Assembly: GCA_004022145.1 (NCBI GenBank)
Contig: RCNU01000012.1
Direction: 5' to 3' (one strand)
Length of the DNA: 64,000 nt
From: Paecilomyces variotii
Lineage: Eukaryota
Positions 51,554 to 63,702 of the stretch are shown one piece after another. Within the stretch, counting starts at the first letter, position 1. Each line of letters starts with the position of its first letter. The notes under the pieces were generated by a model. It did no database searches and had not been told where the DNA came from. It saw only the letters and a list, made by a program, of their open reading frames with translations. The position numbers and the translations under genes were made by a program.

Positions 51554-52036
51554 TTAGACGTACTTGCACATCATGGCAACCATCAGGTCGAACAGACCAA
51601 TGGCCTCGACGAAGGCGAAACCCAGAATGGCGTAGGAGAAGAGCTGACCACGGAGAGCCGGGTTGCGGGAGACGGAGAGCAGCAGGGCACCGAAGACGAG
51701 ACCGATACCGATACCGGCACCACCGAGACCGATGGCAGCAGAACCCATACCAACGTTCTTGGAGACCTCAACGAGGGCGGAGGCGAGCTCGGAGGAGTAC
51801 TGGCGGCGAGCCTGGGCGTTGGCGAAAGCCTGGCGGGCGTTGGCCTGGAGGAGAGTGGAAGGCTGGACGCGCTTCTGGGCCTGGAAGGCGGTGGTGAAGG
51901 GAGAGGCCTTCTTCTGGGAGGTGAAGGTGCGCTTGGAGGCCGTGTTCAGCGGCATGCGGATGGCCGGGCGGGCGACCTTGGGGGCGGCCGAGGCCATGGT
52001 GGCCAGGCGAGAAGCGACGAGGCGGGAGGAGGCCAT
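51554..52036 (-). CDS. ATP9: Nuclear-encoded ATP synthase subunit 9 (c) with mitochondrial presequence
   Basis: Intronless, 160 aa. A 79-aa Arg-rich presequence precedes an 81-aa mature protein with GAGIGIG, RNP and the proton-carrying Glu in FVEAIG. Confidence 0.97.
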   Translation of the reverse strand: MASSRLVASRLATMASAAPKVARPAIRMPLNTASKRTFTSQKKASPFTTAFQAQKRVQPSTLLQANARQAFANAQARRQYSSELASALVEVSKNVGMGSAAIGLGGAGIGIGLVFGALLLSVSRNPALRGQLFSYAILGFAFVEAIGLFDLMVAMMCKYV

Positions 52037-52329
52037 TGCGATGGAATTGAGGCTGAATTGGCTCGCCGGGAGAGGAGAGAGACGTCGGTTGTGGGAGGAG
52101 ATTGAGATGGGATGGGAAAGGGAACTTTTCTGGGAGGAAAAAGCTGGAGGGAGAGCAAGAGTTAACAGCTCCGGAGGCCTGCCAGGGGATAAATACTGTC
52201 CGGCCAAATTTTCACCTTTCCGAGGCCCAGTGCGTCCTAGTGCATTGTTGAGCGCCGACCCACTCGGTCGATTACACGTAAATCGGTTTCGCCGTAGGTT
52301 TGCGGGCTTTCTTTGTTCCTGGGCTGGGT

Positions 52330-52342
52330 CGGAAGTGGCCGG
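52330..52342. promoter_or_regulatory. CGG-N7-CGG site upstream of ATP9
   Basis: CGGAAGTGGCCGG, about 295 bp upstream of the ATG. Motif match only. Confidence 0.45.
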
Positions 52343-52392
52343 AATATATTATTTATATTATTTATGATCTTAAGATGGAGATCATTGAGATA

Positions 52393-52472
52393 GATAATAA
52401 TAATAATTATTCTAGTAGGAGTAAGAATCAGGAGTGTATATATATTACTATATATATATATATACATATACA
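52393..52472. repeat. (TAA)n and (TA)n microsatellites in the ATP9 upstream region
   Basis: Directly visible short tandem repeats. Confidence 0.85.
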
Positions 52473-54879
52473 TGGAGTATATAGAGTAATCGAGTATAGA
52501 CATATATGGTATGTATCACGGGTTGCTCAGGAAGGAAAGACCCAGTCGTTAGACAGATACGATACATAGCTCAATAATTGGAAGGAACAGCCTGCCTCTA
52601 AGTGATTTACTCTATCTAAGTAAGTGTCTGACTATCAATCTGTCTGTCTAACTATTATTACTACTGTCTGTCCATCATTCGTATCGTGTCTATCTATCTA
52701 ACCTCTCCTCTCCCAGCCTCCTGCCCGGTTTCCAGGACATCCGGAGCCACGGCAGGAGGCTGGGCAACAAAAGCAACAGACTGACTGCAAGAACCACGTC
52801 CCCTCGCTTCGCGCCAGGTTTCATCGTCCCGTCATGGACGGGAAAACGTCCGTTTCCGATCCGGTCTGTTCGTTTGAAGCGTTATATATGTACATATATC
52901 ATATATATACGATGGAATCCCCCAACATCTTACTAAGGATCTCGAGATGGGGTGTCTACAAGTGACTTGAAATCCACTGGCCCGTTCGCCCTGTCCCGGC
53001 GTCCGTGGTGTTATTATATGATGAGCGTATCTCGCTGTGTGGGCGCGCAGTGAGCGTTTTTCAGGCGGTGCGTGTGTATGACGATCGAGAAGATTACCGC
53101 GCGGTATGCGCACCTTTCCCGTTTTGTCTCTAGTGCATCTTGGCAGGCCCTCCCCGAGATCGGGTCACCAGCAGATCTGCCCAATCAGCCCGCGCAGTAG
53201 CCCGCCGGACCCGTAAAACGGGCACCGAATGCGGCTCGGTGCCCACATCGTCTCCTTTTTGCCTTGGACGGGCGGTCCTAGCGGCACCCACTGCCAGTCC
53301 CAACGGACCAGTCAGAGCGCCTGCTCAGCCTGGAGTTCTTTCGGATTCGAAAAACCGGCCCGAATCGGGCATCCCGCTCCACCGCCCGGAATCCACAGTG
53401 GAGAGTGAGTACCCGAGGGGAGAAAAGCACTGGCTCGGCTGGAAGGAAAAGGGGGGGGGTGGGAAGAAATGGCGGGCGTTCAGCTGTTGTTACCCTCGGG
53501 AATGCAACTCACCGATGCTGGGAAACTGGTCTGTTGGCCTGTTGGACGGGCGACTGCGTGCGTTGCCAGAGCGATGGCCAAAGGGACAGACATCAAGACC
53601 GGCGAGAAAGAAAGAAGAACAATTAAAGAGGACGCCTGCAAGTTGGCATTGGCAATAACCCAGCGGGCCGTGTGCCAATGGCTCCAAGCCTGGGCCAGGG
53701 CTGCCCCAAACCGGTGCGCCAAACGGGTGCTCCCACCCCCAACGCAGCTGCGGAGTGCACAGGCGGTCAGGCCTCATCGCGATGCTACCGCCCCTTCATC
53801 ATCGTGTTGGCAGCTGGATGCACCCAAGAATAAATAATAGCCCATCCACCACCATCCCAGTGCACTGTTTACCTCGAAAGAGCGCTGTTCCAAACATCTA
53901 TCCCAACAGCAGCTGGCGTTACCGGCATTTCGTCACCGCGATGCAGGTCTCCTGCCGGTCGGCACGGCGTCCACAGGATCCCTGAAGGGGCATTCCCGCC
54001 GCCGGCCTCCCTCGCAGAGTCGCAGTGGGCGTTCCTGCGTATGTGATCAGATATGCCTGCGAGAGCTGCATCGCGATGGCTTCTCCAGGCCGGTATCTAT
54101 GGCCTCATGGAGGGACGCTCCAGGCTATTTATACTATGGCCATTGCAGCCCTCGAAAGGCGTAGCATTGTGCTTGCCGATGCCTGCCTTTCGTCGTCCGT
54201 CAGAAACACGGGCTTGCGCTAGACTAGAAACAGTAGTCTTTTAACCTGAAGTAGTAAGGTATTGGCGCTGTCGGTGGAGTCGGCCCGGGGACACTTCTGG
54301 CTTGAAATCCAGGCTGCTGATTGGCTCTGGCGTCATGTGTATAAATAATCAAGTTGAACAGTCGAGTTATTTTTTTCATCACCCTCGTTTCTCTTCGTAT
54401 TGCTTTCATATTATTGCTAGGTATATGGCTGTAAAGTATCCTCCCACAGCGTCAGGCGAGGTAGATAAATATATATAAATGCAAAATCTATCTATAGTGA
54501 GTCCGGTGGACGACATCTCATACTGTCCCTGGCCAAGAATATAAACTGTAGTCTAGATCTGATGCAAGCGCGCAATAGCATAATCACCCAGCTTATTATT
54601 TGAGATCCTCGTTCTAGAAGCTGATATTTTGCGGTGTTAAGCCGCTTATGCTGCATCATGGGTGCGATGAAATAGACAGGATAGTGGACCAGTATCAGTG
54701 ACAGTATCCTTACATATGCTGTTATTACATCCAAGTGGATAATGTAGGCGAGAGTCGCTTCGAATGGTCTAGCTTTAGCAGCCTATCCTGGATACAGATC
54801 ACTGCTAAGAATTTCTATAAGTATTGTATATATTCAATGATATCCAATGCAACATCCCTCTTCCTCAGCTGCGTTATCC

Positions 54880-56319
54880 TCAGAGTCTCTCTGCGACCTC
54901 CTTGGTGTAATCGTCCGGATCCCAAGCCAATGGCCGAGTATTCATCTCTTCGAGCTTTATCGCCACCAACCTTTCGATATCCGCTCTCTCTTCAGGCTCC
55001 AAGAGATCAAGTCTCTGCTTCCAAACATCGTCGATGGAAGAAGAAGAAGTCGCCCCAAAGAATCGCTGATCAATCTTATGCCAATAGATCAAGTCAAAGG
55101 CAAAGTTATTCCTTGCCGCATATGCAATCCAGAAGTCTCCACTTTCCCAGCTATCTTGCATCGGGCCAGAGAGCCGCTGAGTACTCTTTAGCCAGCCCTG
55201 TTCGATTGCCTTGTCCTCTTGGTATCTCATTGCGGTGAGAAAGGTTTGAAGTCGTCGTTCATACTCGCTACACCAATCGTCAAGGCCTCGAGGCCAGTAT
55301 TCGGGCTTTTCAATCAGAAGCCACCAAGGTGGTGCAAAGGAGAATTCCACTGGGGCGGCATATGTGAATTCCCAGTCTACGACTACGACGATTTTCAGCT
55401 CATTCATAAGGATATTAGCTGGGCGGAAATCGTCACACCAAAGTTTGAACGGGCCTTTGTCAAAGGATGCCAACTGCTCTGTCAAACGATGTTCTCTAGC
55501 GAGTTTGCGGAAAAGATATCGAGCAACAAGCTTGCGCCGGCAGTCTTCAGTTGAGTCAATTGCATCATTGCGCTGGTTCGTAAAGTGAGCGATGTGTAGC
55601 TCCGCTAGAGCTTTGAAGTACGAGGACGTAGTGTTGAATGTCGTAGATGGTAGTTTCGATTGAGGTAAAGATCCCAGTTGAATCAGAGTATTCATAGGCA
55701 TTGATAAAGGTCTATGTGTAACTTTCCAGGTAAAATCGTCAATCTGGTCTAGGGACCCTATTTGGGGTAGAGATAGTCGAGAAAGCTGAAGCAAAATACT
55801 TGCGACCTCTCTATAAAGAGCCTCTAATTTTGCCTTACTGATATCCGGGTCAAGAATCCCACGATCTTCCTTTGGGCATCCAGGCGTGTTAAGAGCATCA
55901 TACAGGTTTGTATCATGCTCAATATACTCCATGATAATAAAAGGACCTAATTCCAGCGGACTCTCCTTCTTTGACCCCCAATGGTGGACAAAAGGAACCG
56001 GGATTGAAGTCTGATCGTAAATATATCGCATGGTAGCGACTTCATTACGGACTTTCTCTTCAGGAAACATGGTGGCACCCGGCTGGGGGAAACGGATTAT
56101 GGCAGTGTTTGCATTCTTGTATTTCATCTGGAAAGAGATATTGTATGCACCTTTCTCGAGAAAACTGAATTCGACAGCATCTCCCGGACCGTGGTGTCTG
56201 ACCAAGAATCTGCCAACCGTTTCTAGGATTTCGGGGTTTAAAAAATGACGAAGCCACGCATCGGCCACGGCTTCGCTTTTCTCCCAGGCGACATCGTCGT
56301 AGCGCAGGCGTGGTTGCAT
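54880..56319 (-). CDS. Aminoglycoside-phosphotransferase/choline-kinase-like protein
   Basis: Single long exon with GAYN, IIRFP, NEVATM, IMEYI, CDDFRPANIL and DWE motifs. The first ATG is at 56319. Confidence 0.85.
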   Translation of the reverse strand: MQPRLRYDDVAWEKSEAVADAWLRHFLNPEILETVGRFLVRHHGPGDAVEFSFLEKGAYNISFQMKYKNANTAIIRFPQPGATMFPEEKVRNEVATMRYIYDQTSIPVPFVHHWGSKKESPLELGPFIIMEYIEHDTNLYDALNTPGCPKEDRGILDPDISKAKLEALYREVASILLQLSRLSLPQIGSLDQIDDFTWKVTHRPLSMPMNTLIQLGSLPQSKLPSTTFNTTSSYFKALAELHIAHFTNQRNDAIDSTEDCRRKLVARYLFRKLAREHRLTEQLASFDKGPFKLWCDDFRPANILMNELKIVVVVDWEFTYAAPVEFSFAPPWWLLIEKPEYWPRGLDDWCSEYERRLQTFLTAMRYQEDKAIEQGWLKSTQRLSGPMQDSWESGDFWIAYAARNNFAFDLIYWHKIDQRFFGATSSSSIDDVWKQRLDLLEPEERADIERLVAIKLEEMNTRPLAWDPDDYTKEVAERL

Positions 56320-57852
56320 ACTTGGCACGGAGCCTGAGAGGGGTAAAATATCAGGTTAAGAATGCAAAATACTCGAAGCTACCAGGGATAGGATGGACTT
56401 GAATGTTGGAAAGCTCTTAACGCATGGGTGGTTAATATCGAGATTGTGGTGATTCAGGGAGGGTCTAGGTACAGTACTTACTGTACAGTGTTGATCACAT
56501 GACAGTCAACAAAGAAAAATACGCTGTTATCGCAAAGCACCCACGAGGTTAAAACCTAGCCTCTTTTCTATTTGAAACGGGCTCTTTAGCCTGTTCTGGA
56601 ATATTTGACCACGATCTGTCTGGCACCCCTTATATAGTTCTATTAACCCCCCCGGACCAGTATCCTTACAGCTTCATAAGCGAATTTAGTTTGTTAATCA
56701 TATCACACTATTCTTATTATATTCATCTCTCTATTCTATAACGAGGATATTGATATCTTTTAGAGGAATGAATTATCTTGAAGCTATTCATCTTTCTATC
56801 CTAGGGGGTTGCCTCGGAGGGAGACCGTCTACCAGGGGGGCTATTGCACCGTCCTAGGAGAGACTGCGCTGGAAGTAATCATCTACTTAGCTGTGACTCG
56901 CAAGAGACCTTGTTAGATTGAATAACCTCTCCAGAAGAACAAACCCTTGATTCTACGGGGGGGCCAATCACAGCTGCTAGACGTTGTCCTCCTGAGATTG
57001 AGGCCCTTCAGCCTCTGATTGTGTATTGTTGAAACGCGAGACCTCCATCTCTTACAAGAGCTCGGCCATGATATCCCAGTGCGACATTCAAGGGACGATA
57101 AATTCACCAATGCCACACTGAACCGAAATGCTTTGGGAAAAGAACGCCTGTGATCGATGGCATCTACAATCTGTGACGGGCCTTGCTGCCTGTTTGAACC
57201 CGACACTTCCACGAACATGTTGCTGAAAATAACTACATGAGCCCAGTTTCTTCAATATTACATATGGCAGCAAGCATGCTGGTGGGTATCAGTGCCAAGC
57301 AATAGCATCCTGTACGCCACGACAGATTCTGCCAAGCTATCTCGTCAATTATGACATAAACAGCCCAACAGCCATGTTTGCCATAATGCTTTGAGATGTG
57401 ATTGTGGTTATAATCGAAACAGTCGAATATGGTGATACTACACTCAAACTTTCACATGCATTCATGGACCCTTGAAGTGTATCTGTAAGTCGTATTTATA
57501 TCAACAGTAAAATGCAGCTAACGGCAGTACTTAGTACTTTGATATGGCCGAACTGTTGTACTCGAAAAACTGGTAGCCCACACTGTAATCGAAAACGAAC
57601 ATTTATAATCATGTTCGTCATACTATAGTCAAAATCTCTCTTTGCAATTACAGGATGACTTTGCACCTGGCGAGCAGGTTTTGTCTGCGCGATGCTGTGG
57701 TGAGTATGACATCATCTCTACCAGTACCACAGGAGATGTTCCCAAGGGATAAATGCTCTACTTCCAGAGGACATCTACGACGGCAAAAAAGAAGAAAGCA
57801 AACCTTGAATATTTACAAGTGAACAATATATCGCGTATCGACAGCTCAGAAG

Positions 57853-59046
57853 ATGCAGTCCATTCTGAAGCCGGTCATCGGGCCTAGAAAGGAAGTCCAC
57901 GACCTATCGGGTCGTGTAGCTTTGATAACGGGAGGAGCCCTTGGTATCGGGTAAGTCTTAACTTTCCTCAGAATACTTGTATAAATTGTATGCGGAATTA
58001 ATTCTGATGATCGTTTCTGTAGATATGAAATAGCCCGCGCGTTCGTGCTCAATGGCGCCCGAGTGATCATGGTCAACCGCAAGGAAGACCAGGGTCAGGA
58101 TGCCATTGATAAGATAAAAAAGGAAGCGGGTGCAGACGCCAAGATTGAATGGATGCCATGCGACATGGGAAACTTGAAGCAGATAAAGGAGGTCTTCACG
58201 GCTTTCCGTGAGCGGGAAGAGCGTCTTGATCTGGTATGTTGAGTTGTTCCAATGGCATCCTTAGCTTTTGCGTTGTTATGTTAACTCGCTCTCAAAAAAG
58301 CTTATTCTCTCTGCGGGTATCAATGTCAATCAGTACGGAGAGACTGTCGACCATATTGACCGGCATTTCGAAGTCAACTGGCTGGGCCAGTTCTACGTGG
58401 TCAACCTGCTCTACCCGCTGCTCCGCAAGACGTCAAAAATCCCCGACACCCCAGCTCCTCGCATTGTGTTCGAGAGCTCTGAGCAGCATCGCAATGCTCC
58501 ATCAACCGTGCACTTTGGTTCTTTGGATGAGATCAACAACCCCGAGATCGGCAGTACCGAAGTGTACGGACGAACGAAGCTGGCTATTATTTTAGGCGTC
58601 AAATACGGACTCCTGGATCGCGTCATCAAACCGAATAACGATAACATATACGCACTTTCCGTCCATCCTGGAACGGTAAGTTTGCAGTGGAATCGGCAAA
58701 CTTCGGGGATGAATCTCGCTGACATTACCTCCAGGTCAACACAGCCATGCAGCAACAGTGGAAGGATGCATATCCTGGTCTCCTTGGCAAGGTCTTGACG
58801 ACGGTAATGCTGGCAGTCGGTAGAGATGTCGAGCAGGGTTCCTTCTCTGCTCTATATGCGGCGACAAGCCCGGAAGTTGAAGAAAAAGGCTGGAACGGGT
58901 ATTACTTCTCAGACGTCGGCCAACCTGGAAAAGAATCAAGTCAAGCTTCCGACCCAACATTGGGAGCGGCACTGTGGGATCTCAGTCATCGCATCATTAA
59001 AGACAAAATAGGCGAGGATGCTTTTGTGGACTGGAACGCGGCCTAA
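57853..59046 (+). CDS. Short-chain dehydrogenase/reductase
   Basis: Four exons with TGGALGIG, SAG, VN, YGRTK and HPG motifs. Confidence 0.9.
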
Positions 59047-59241
59047 ATTTAAGGTCTTGAACTGGCTATTACTCTTGTCTATATAACCAGCGATAATGAG
59101 AACTGGTGCTATGTTTCCACTTGCAGCTGACATTGGAAGAGAAAAGGAAATATTGGTGCTTTAATTTAATTTCGGAAATATCGTATCCATCAGCTATGCG
59201 ATTAACTTCTGTACATAAGAGCTATACATTCCCTTCCGGCG

Positions 59242-61174
59242 TCATATCCTGCGAGATTCGAACTGTCTTGCTGCATAGTATCGATATACGTGTGCCGTCT
59301 TAACGCGAAACATCTTCCCGTAGAGTATAAAGATAAAGGTTCCAAGGAGTACCGCTGTGAGAAGAACACCTATTGTCACATAGACATTCTTCATGCCAAC
59401 TTTGGCTATCCAGGGCAAAAGGACAAACACGAAGATCGTCGATAGAAGGTTGCGTGTAAAGGTCACCGCAACGAGCGCATCTGCTACTATCTGGTAACAG
59501 GTTAGCTACCTACAGAGGTCTATTCGACTCGCTGTATGACAGACAGACAGAACTTACCTCTGTGTATGCATCTGTAATATATGTGAGAGCTATGCTGCTT
59601 GCCGGCGTCGTACCGAAATTACAGAGTGCATAGCCGACAGCCAACACAGGCCAAGGGGATCCGTTATTTAATCCAATACCAAACATGAAAAGGCCCGCTG
59701 GCACGAAAGGTATAAATGCGGCGATGACCCATAACCGCATCTCAGGCTCGTAGATTCCTTTATTGCGCTTGGCGAGGAACAGAATCAGCCAATCACTCAT
59801 TGGTCCGCACACAAGAGATCCCAGAGTCGTTCCTATCCATGGTGGCAGGCTCATCAGACCGATCTGGGCGGCATTGAAATTGTACGGTGGCGCGGCCATC
59901 CAAGATGACAGTGTCGTAACCATAACAGTAGACGCGGCTAACATGGCTCCGTAGAGGAGAGACATGTAGAACACAGCTGGGATCGAGATCAGAATCATGA
60001 ACGGTTGGTAGCTGTGACGAACAAAGCTGTGTAGAGACCCCGGGGACGAAGACCAGAGAGAAAGACGCTGCCAATACGTCTTCATCGGAATAGTTGTATC
60101 GACCGAAGCAGAATTAGACCGGGGTTGCAATTCCTGATTTGTTCCCGTCTCCGTTGCCTGCGTGGTTAACTGCGTCTTGAATGTCTGCTCTTTCTCTCTC
60201 GTCTCATTTCCATCGATCGGTCGATGAACCTCATCGACGGCGATACCATCGATGGCTCTCAGGGTATATTTGCTCTCTTCGTAGAGAAAGATGAAGCAAA
60301 TGAGACCAAGGCCGAAGAACAAAGCTATCCACCACCAAACCCAGCGCCATCCTTGCGATACTGTGATATATCCCGCAGCAAGTGGCGCCAGTGAACCGCC
60401 TATATTCTCGAACCAGACGTACAAACTGTTCATGAGCCCACGTTGATGCACGAAGAAAACATCGGCGACTGTCATCTGCACGATTACCTCGGCCAAAGCC
60501 CCAACCAAACAGCTGAAGACATTAACAAGCATCAGGTCGGTCACAGTCTGCAGTTTGGCGGACCAGATTGATATAGCAAACTGAACAGCCGTGCTCAGGA
60601 TATAGACCGGCCGGCGTCCAAATTTCAGTGCGAACGGAATCAGAAGGAAAGCACCGATGGCTAAAGTCCCACATCCAATGGCGTAACTGTCGTTGAGAAT
60701 ATCATAACTGAAACCAAGTTGCTCGTTCATGGGACTCCAAGTTGGTGTTGCAGCATCGATACTAGGGAGAGCGTCAGTAAGTATATACTCGATATGTATG
60801 TGACAGTGATAGACCTACAGGGCGTAGACCATAACAGCGTAGTACGACGAAAGACCGAAATTGAGATATTTCCTCCATTTTGGCCAGTTCTATCAATGTC
60901 AGTACCTGAGAAATGGGCCCCTAGAATATCCTACCAATGGATCATTAGGGTCACTGCTGGGCCGTGGTTGCAGTATAATTTCTCCATCAGTACCAGCTCT
61001 TAAGTCTATGGTGGAGGAAAAAAAGTAAGTACCGCGCCAAATCTCGAATAGTCCCATCGTAGCGATGAGAGTATTGATGTTGTTTATAGCTAAATAGCTT
61101 ATCGACACCATACCTTCGAGTTTGACTGTACCGGGAGGCCATATCGCATCCTGATCTTGTCGTTCAACATCCAT
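59242..61174 (-). CDS. MFS transporter (DHA1/Hol1-like)
   Basis: Multi-exon. LQPRPSSDPNDPL, KFGRRP, DVFFVHQRG, GWRW and EPEMRL motifs. Confidence 0.88.
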
Positions 61175-62107
61175 TTTTCCCTTATACAAACGCGTATGGA
61201 ATCACGGGTGAAATACGGACGAGGAAATATAGATACTATGGCTAGAGCCTGTTATTTTATAATTGGAAGGACCGCAGCATGTGAGACGTATTGGTATGGA
61301 TATAAGGTATTGAGCCATCTATATCAGGGATCATCAGGGATAAGACAAATATATTGGTGCATCTATGATATAGACTGTTCCTCCATTCGGAACAATTCGA
61401 GGGTGGTTACTGGCGCGCCTAGACCTTCCTCTGTTGGCAGGTGGCTATAATAGGGTAGGAAGTTACAGGACTTGTCTGCTGCAACAAGATAAGCAGGCAG
61501 AGATTCGTTGACGAGATCGGTCGAGAAAGTCGCTCTACCGTTCTCCCAGCTTCGAGCATCTGGGCAGTTTATCACTCAAAGATATAGCGGAGTTATCCAG
61601 CTATTTATGAACAAGGTTGAATGAGACGCTAATTCAGAATAGATTTCAAATGGAGTGGAATCCGCAGAATTAAATGTCTAAGTAGACCTAAGAAGAGAAT
61701 TCAAGATGATGCTTATCAACACAGAAATCTCGTGGGCGGGACGTCCGAAAAAAAGGGACCAACCAGAGATGTACAACACCTTATCGGACTACGATAGCAT
61801 GTGCAGCATAAAGAATGCTAACCTCCACGCAGTATATAGGCTAGCCATTCCAAATGCGGAGATGCGGCCGTATGGATAATTGAGGAGTCACAGTCGTCTC
61901 TCCGCGTCGTATCCATTCACTGCTACTTCCCAGCATCCTAGATACGGGTCACATAGTTGATTTGTCTGAGAAGCCACATAATATTGAACCTTATACACAT
62001 CTGCAAGACTAGGTATATAAGTAGAGTCTGCCCTACCGTCTGACTGGGAGCCGAATCTGAAAAGAACTTGCTAAACCTCATAACGCTTCGTACCTGGAAT
62101 AAATAAA

Positions 62108-63471
62108 ATGAAATTTCATCCACATATTTTTCTTCCTTTTCTTACCGCCGCAATCGCTAGGGAGATAACATTTCCTCCTGTCGCAGGAATCAAAAGATAC
62201 AACACCCAGTCCCCGTTGCAGCGTTACGGCTCAGCATCAGACGAGGATGTCTCGCTAGAGACTGATCCTATGGACGGGCTGACTTCATTCGCGCATCTCC
62301 CTCATGTTTCATGTTTTTCAGCTGCAGCAGACGTTGAAAGTTATGACATAGCTGTTATCGGAGCGCCTTTCGATACTGGCACGTCTTATCGACCAGGAGC
62401 GCGGTTTGGACCTCATGGTATACGCGACGGGTCTAGACGTATTCGTCCGCTGCATTCATGGAATATGTATACTGGCTATAATCCATTCCTACAATGGGCA
62501 AAGGCCGTCGACTGTGGAGATGCACCGTTGACATTTGTGGATAATACTGTGGCAATGAAGCAGTTGGAAAAAGCACATAAGGTAGGAACTTTTTCGCTAG
62601 AAACGAAACCTCTTCCGACAAAGACCCTAATATTTTTCTCCTGGCTAGATCATATCCAATCGCCTTGCGACAAATATTTCGGCTTCCGAAGTCCCTCGAA
62701 TCCTTATGCTCGGGGGCGATCATACAGTAACCCTTGCTGCCTTGCGTTCAACAATCAACCATTGGGGTATTGTAAACGTTATCCACTTCGATTCTCATAT
62801 TGACACCTGGGACCCACATGCAGTTGGTGAGTATTGATACGAGAAAAGGCATTATGAACGTTGTTTATAGACTAATATCTCGTTCTAGGGGGTGGAGTGT
62901 CGGACTATGCGTGAGTCCCCTGTTTCGAGTGACTATCAGCTCAAGTACGTATTGTCAGTGAGCTAACTGCCTCGTATGGTAATCCAGTGCTGTGAATCAT
63001 GGGACGTTCCTACATATCGCACACGAAGAGGGTCTTATCTCAAACGACAGTTCAATCCATGTTGGCATCCGCGCTCCACTGGGGACGCGCCACCGTGACC
63101 TAGACAACGATGCCCGGTGTGGGTTCGACATCATAAAAGCCCGTGATATTGACGAGCTTGGTGTCAAAGGTATCATTGAAAGGATAAGGGATAGAGCCGG
63201 GGATGGTAATGTTTATATTACCGTTGATATAGACGTGCTAGATCCGGCGTATGCTCCGGCAACAGGGACCGCTGAGCCAGGAGGTTGGAGCACCAGAGAG
63301 TTATTGTCAATCATTGATGGCTTATCCGGCCTAAAAGTTATTGGTGCAGATGTGGTTGAAGTTGCTCCTGCTTACGATAATACCGGAGAGACGACATGTA
63401 TCGCAGCAGGAGAGATTGCGAGAAGTTTGATCGGCCTAATGGTCGACGTCCCTGTCGTTGCATCAAGCTAA
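62108..63471 (+). CDS. Agmatinase-like ureohydrolase with predicted signal peptide
   Basis: Four exons including a 22-nt exon. GAPFD..RPGARFGP, GGDHT, HFDSHID and DIDVLDPAYAPATGT.EPGG metal-ligand motifs. Confidence 0.9.
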
Positions 63472-63702
63472 CAAAATCGTCGGTGGGGAGCGAAAGTACT
63501 ATACAATCGCGACAATTATTAACAACATTTCTCCGTCAAGAACATTCGAGATAAAGGACACCGAACTTTTCATATATATCCAATATAATTTCCATCCCAT
63601 TTCCACTTCCTGGTAAAGATGTATGCTGTGAATCCATACGCCCAGCCGATGCTACTGGAAGTAGAATAGCTACGCACCATACAGAACACCTCCAGAGATA
63701 GA

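Noticed and set aside
53140-53985. GC-rich overlapping ORFs upstream of ATP9
   Set aside because: No domain or codon bias; consistent with chance ORFs in GC-rich regulatory DNA.
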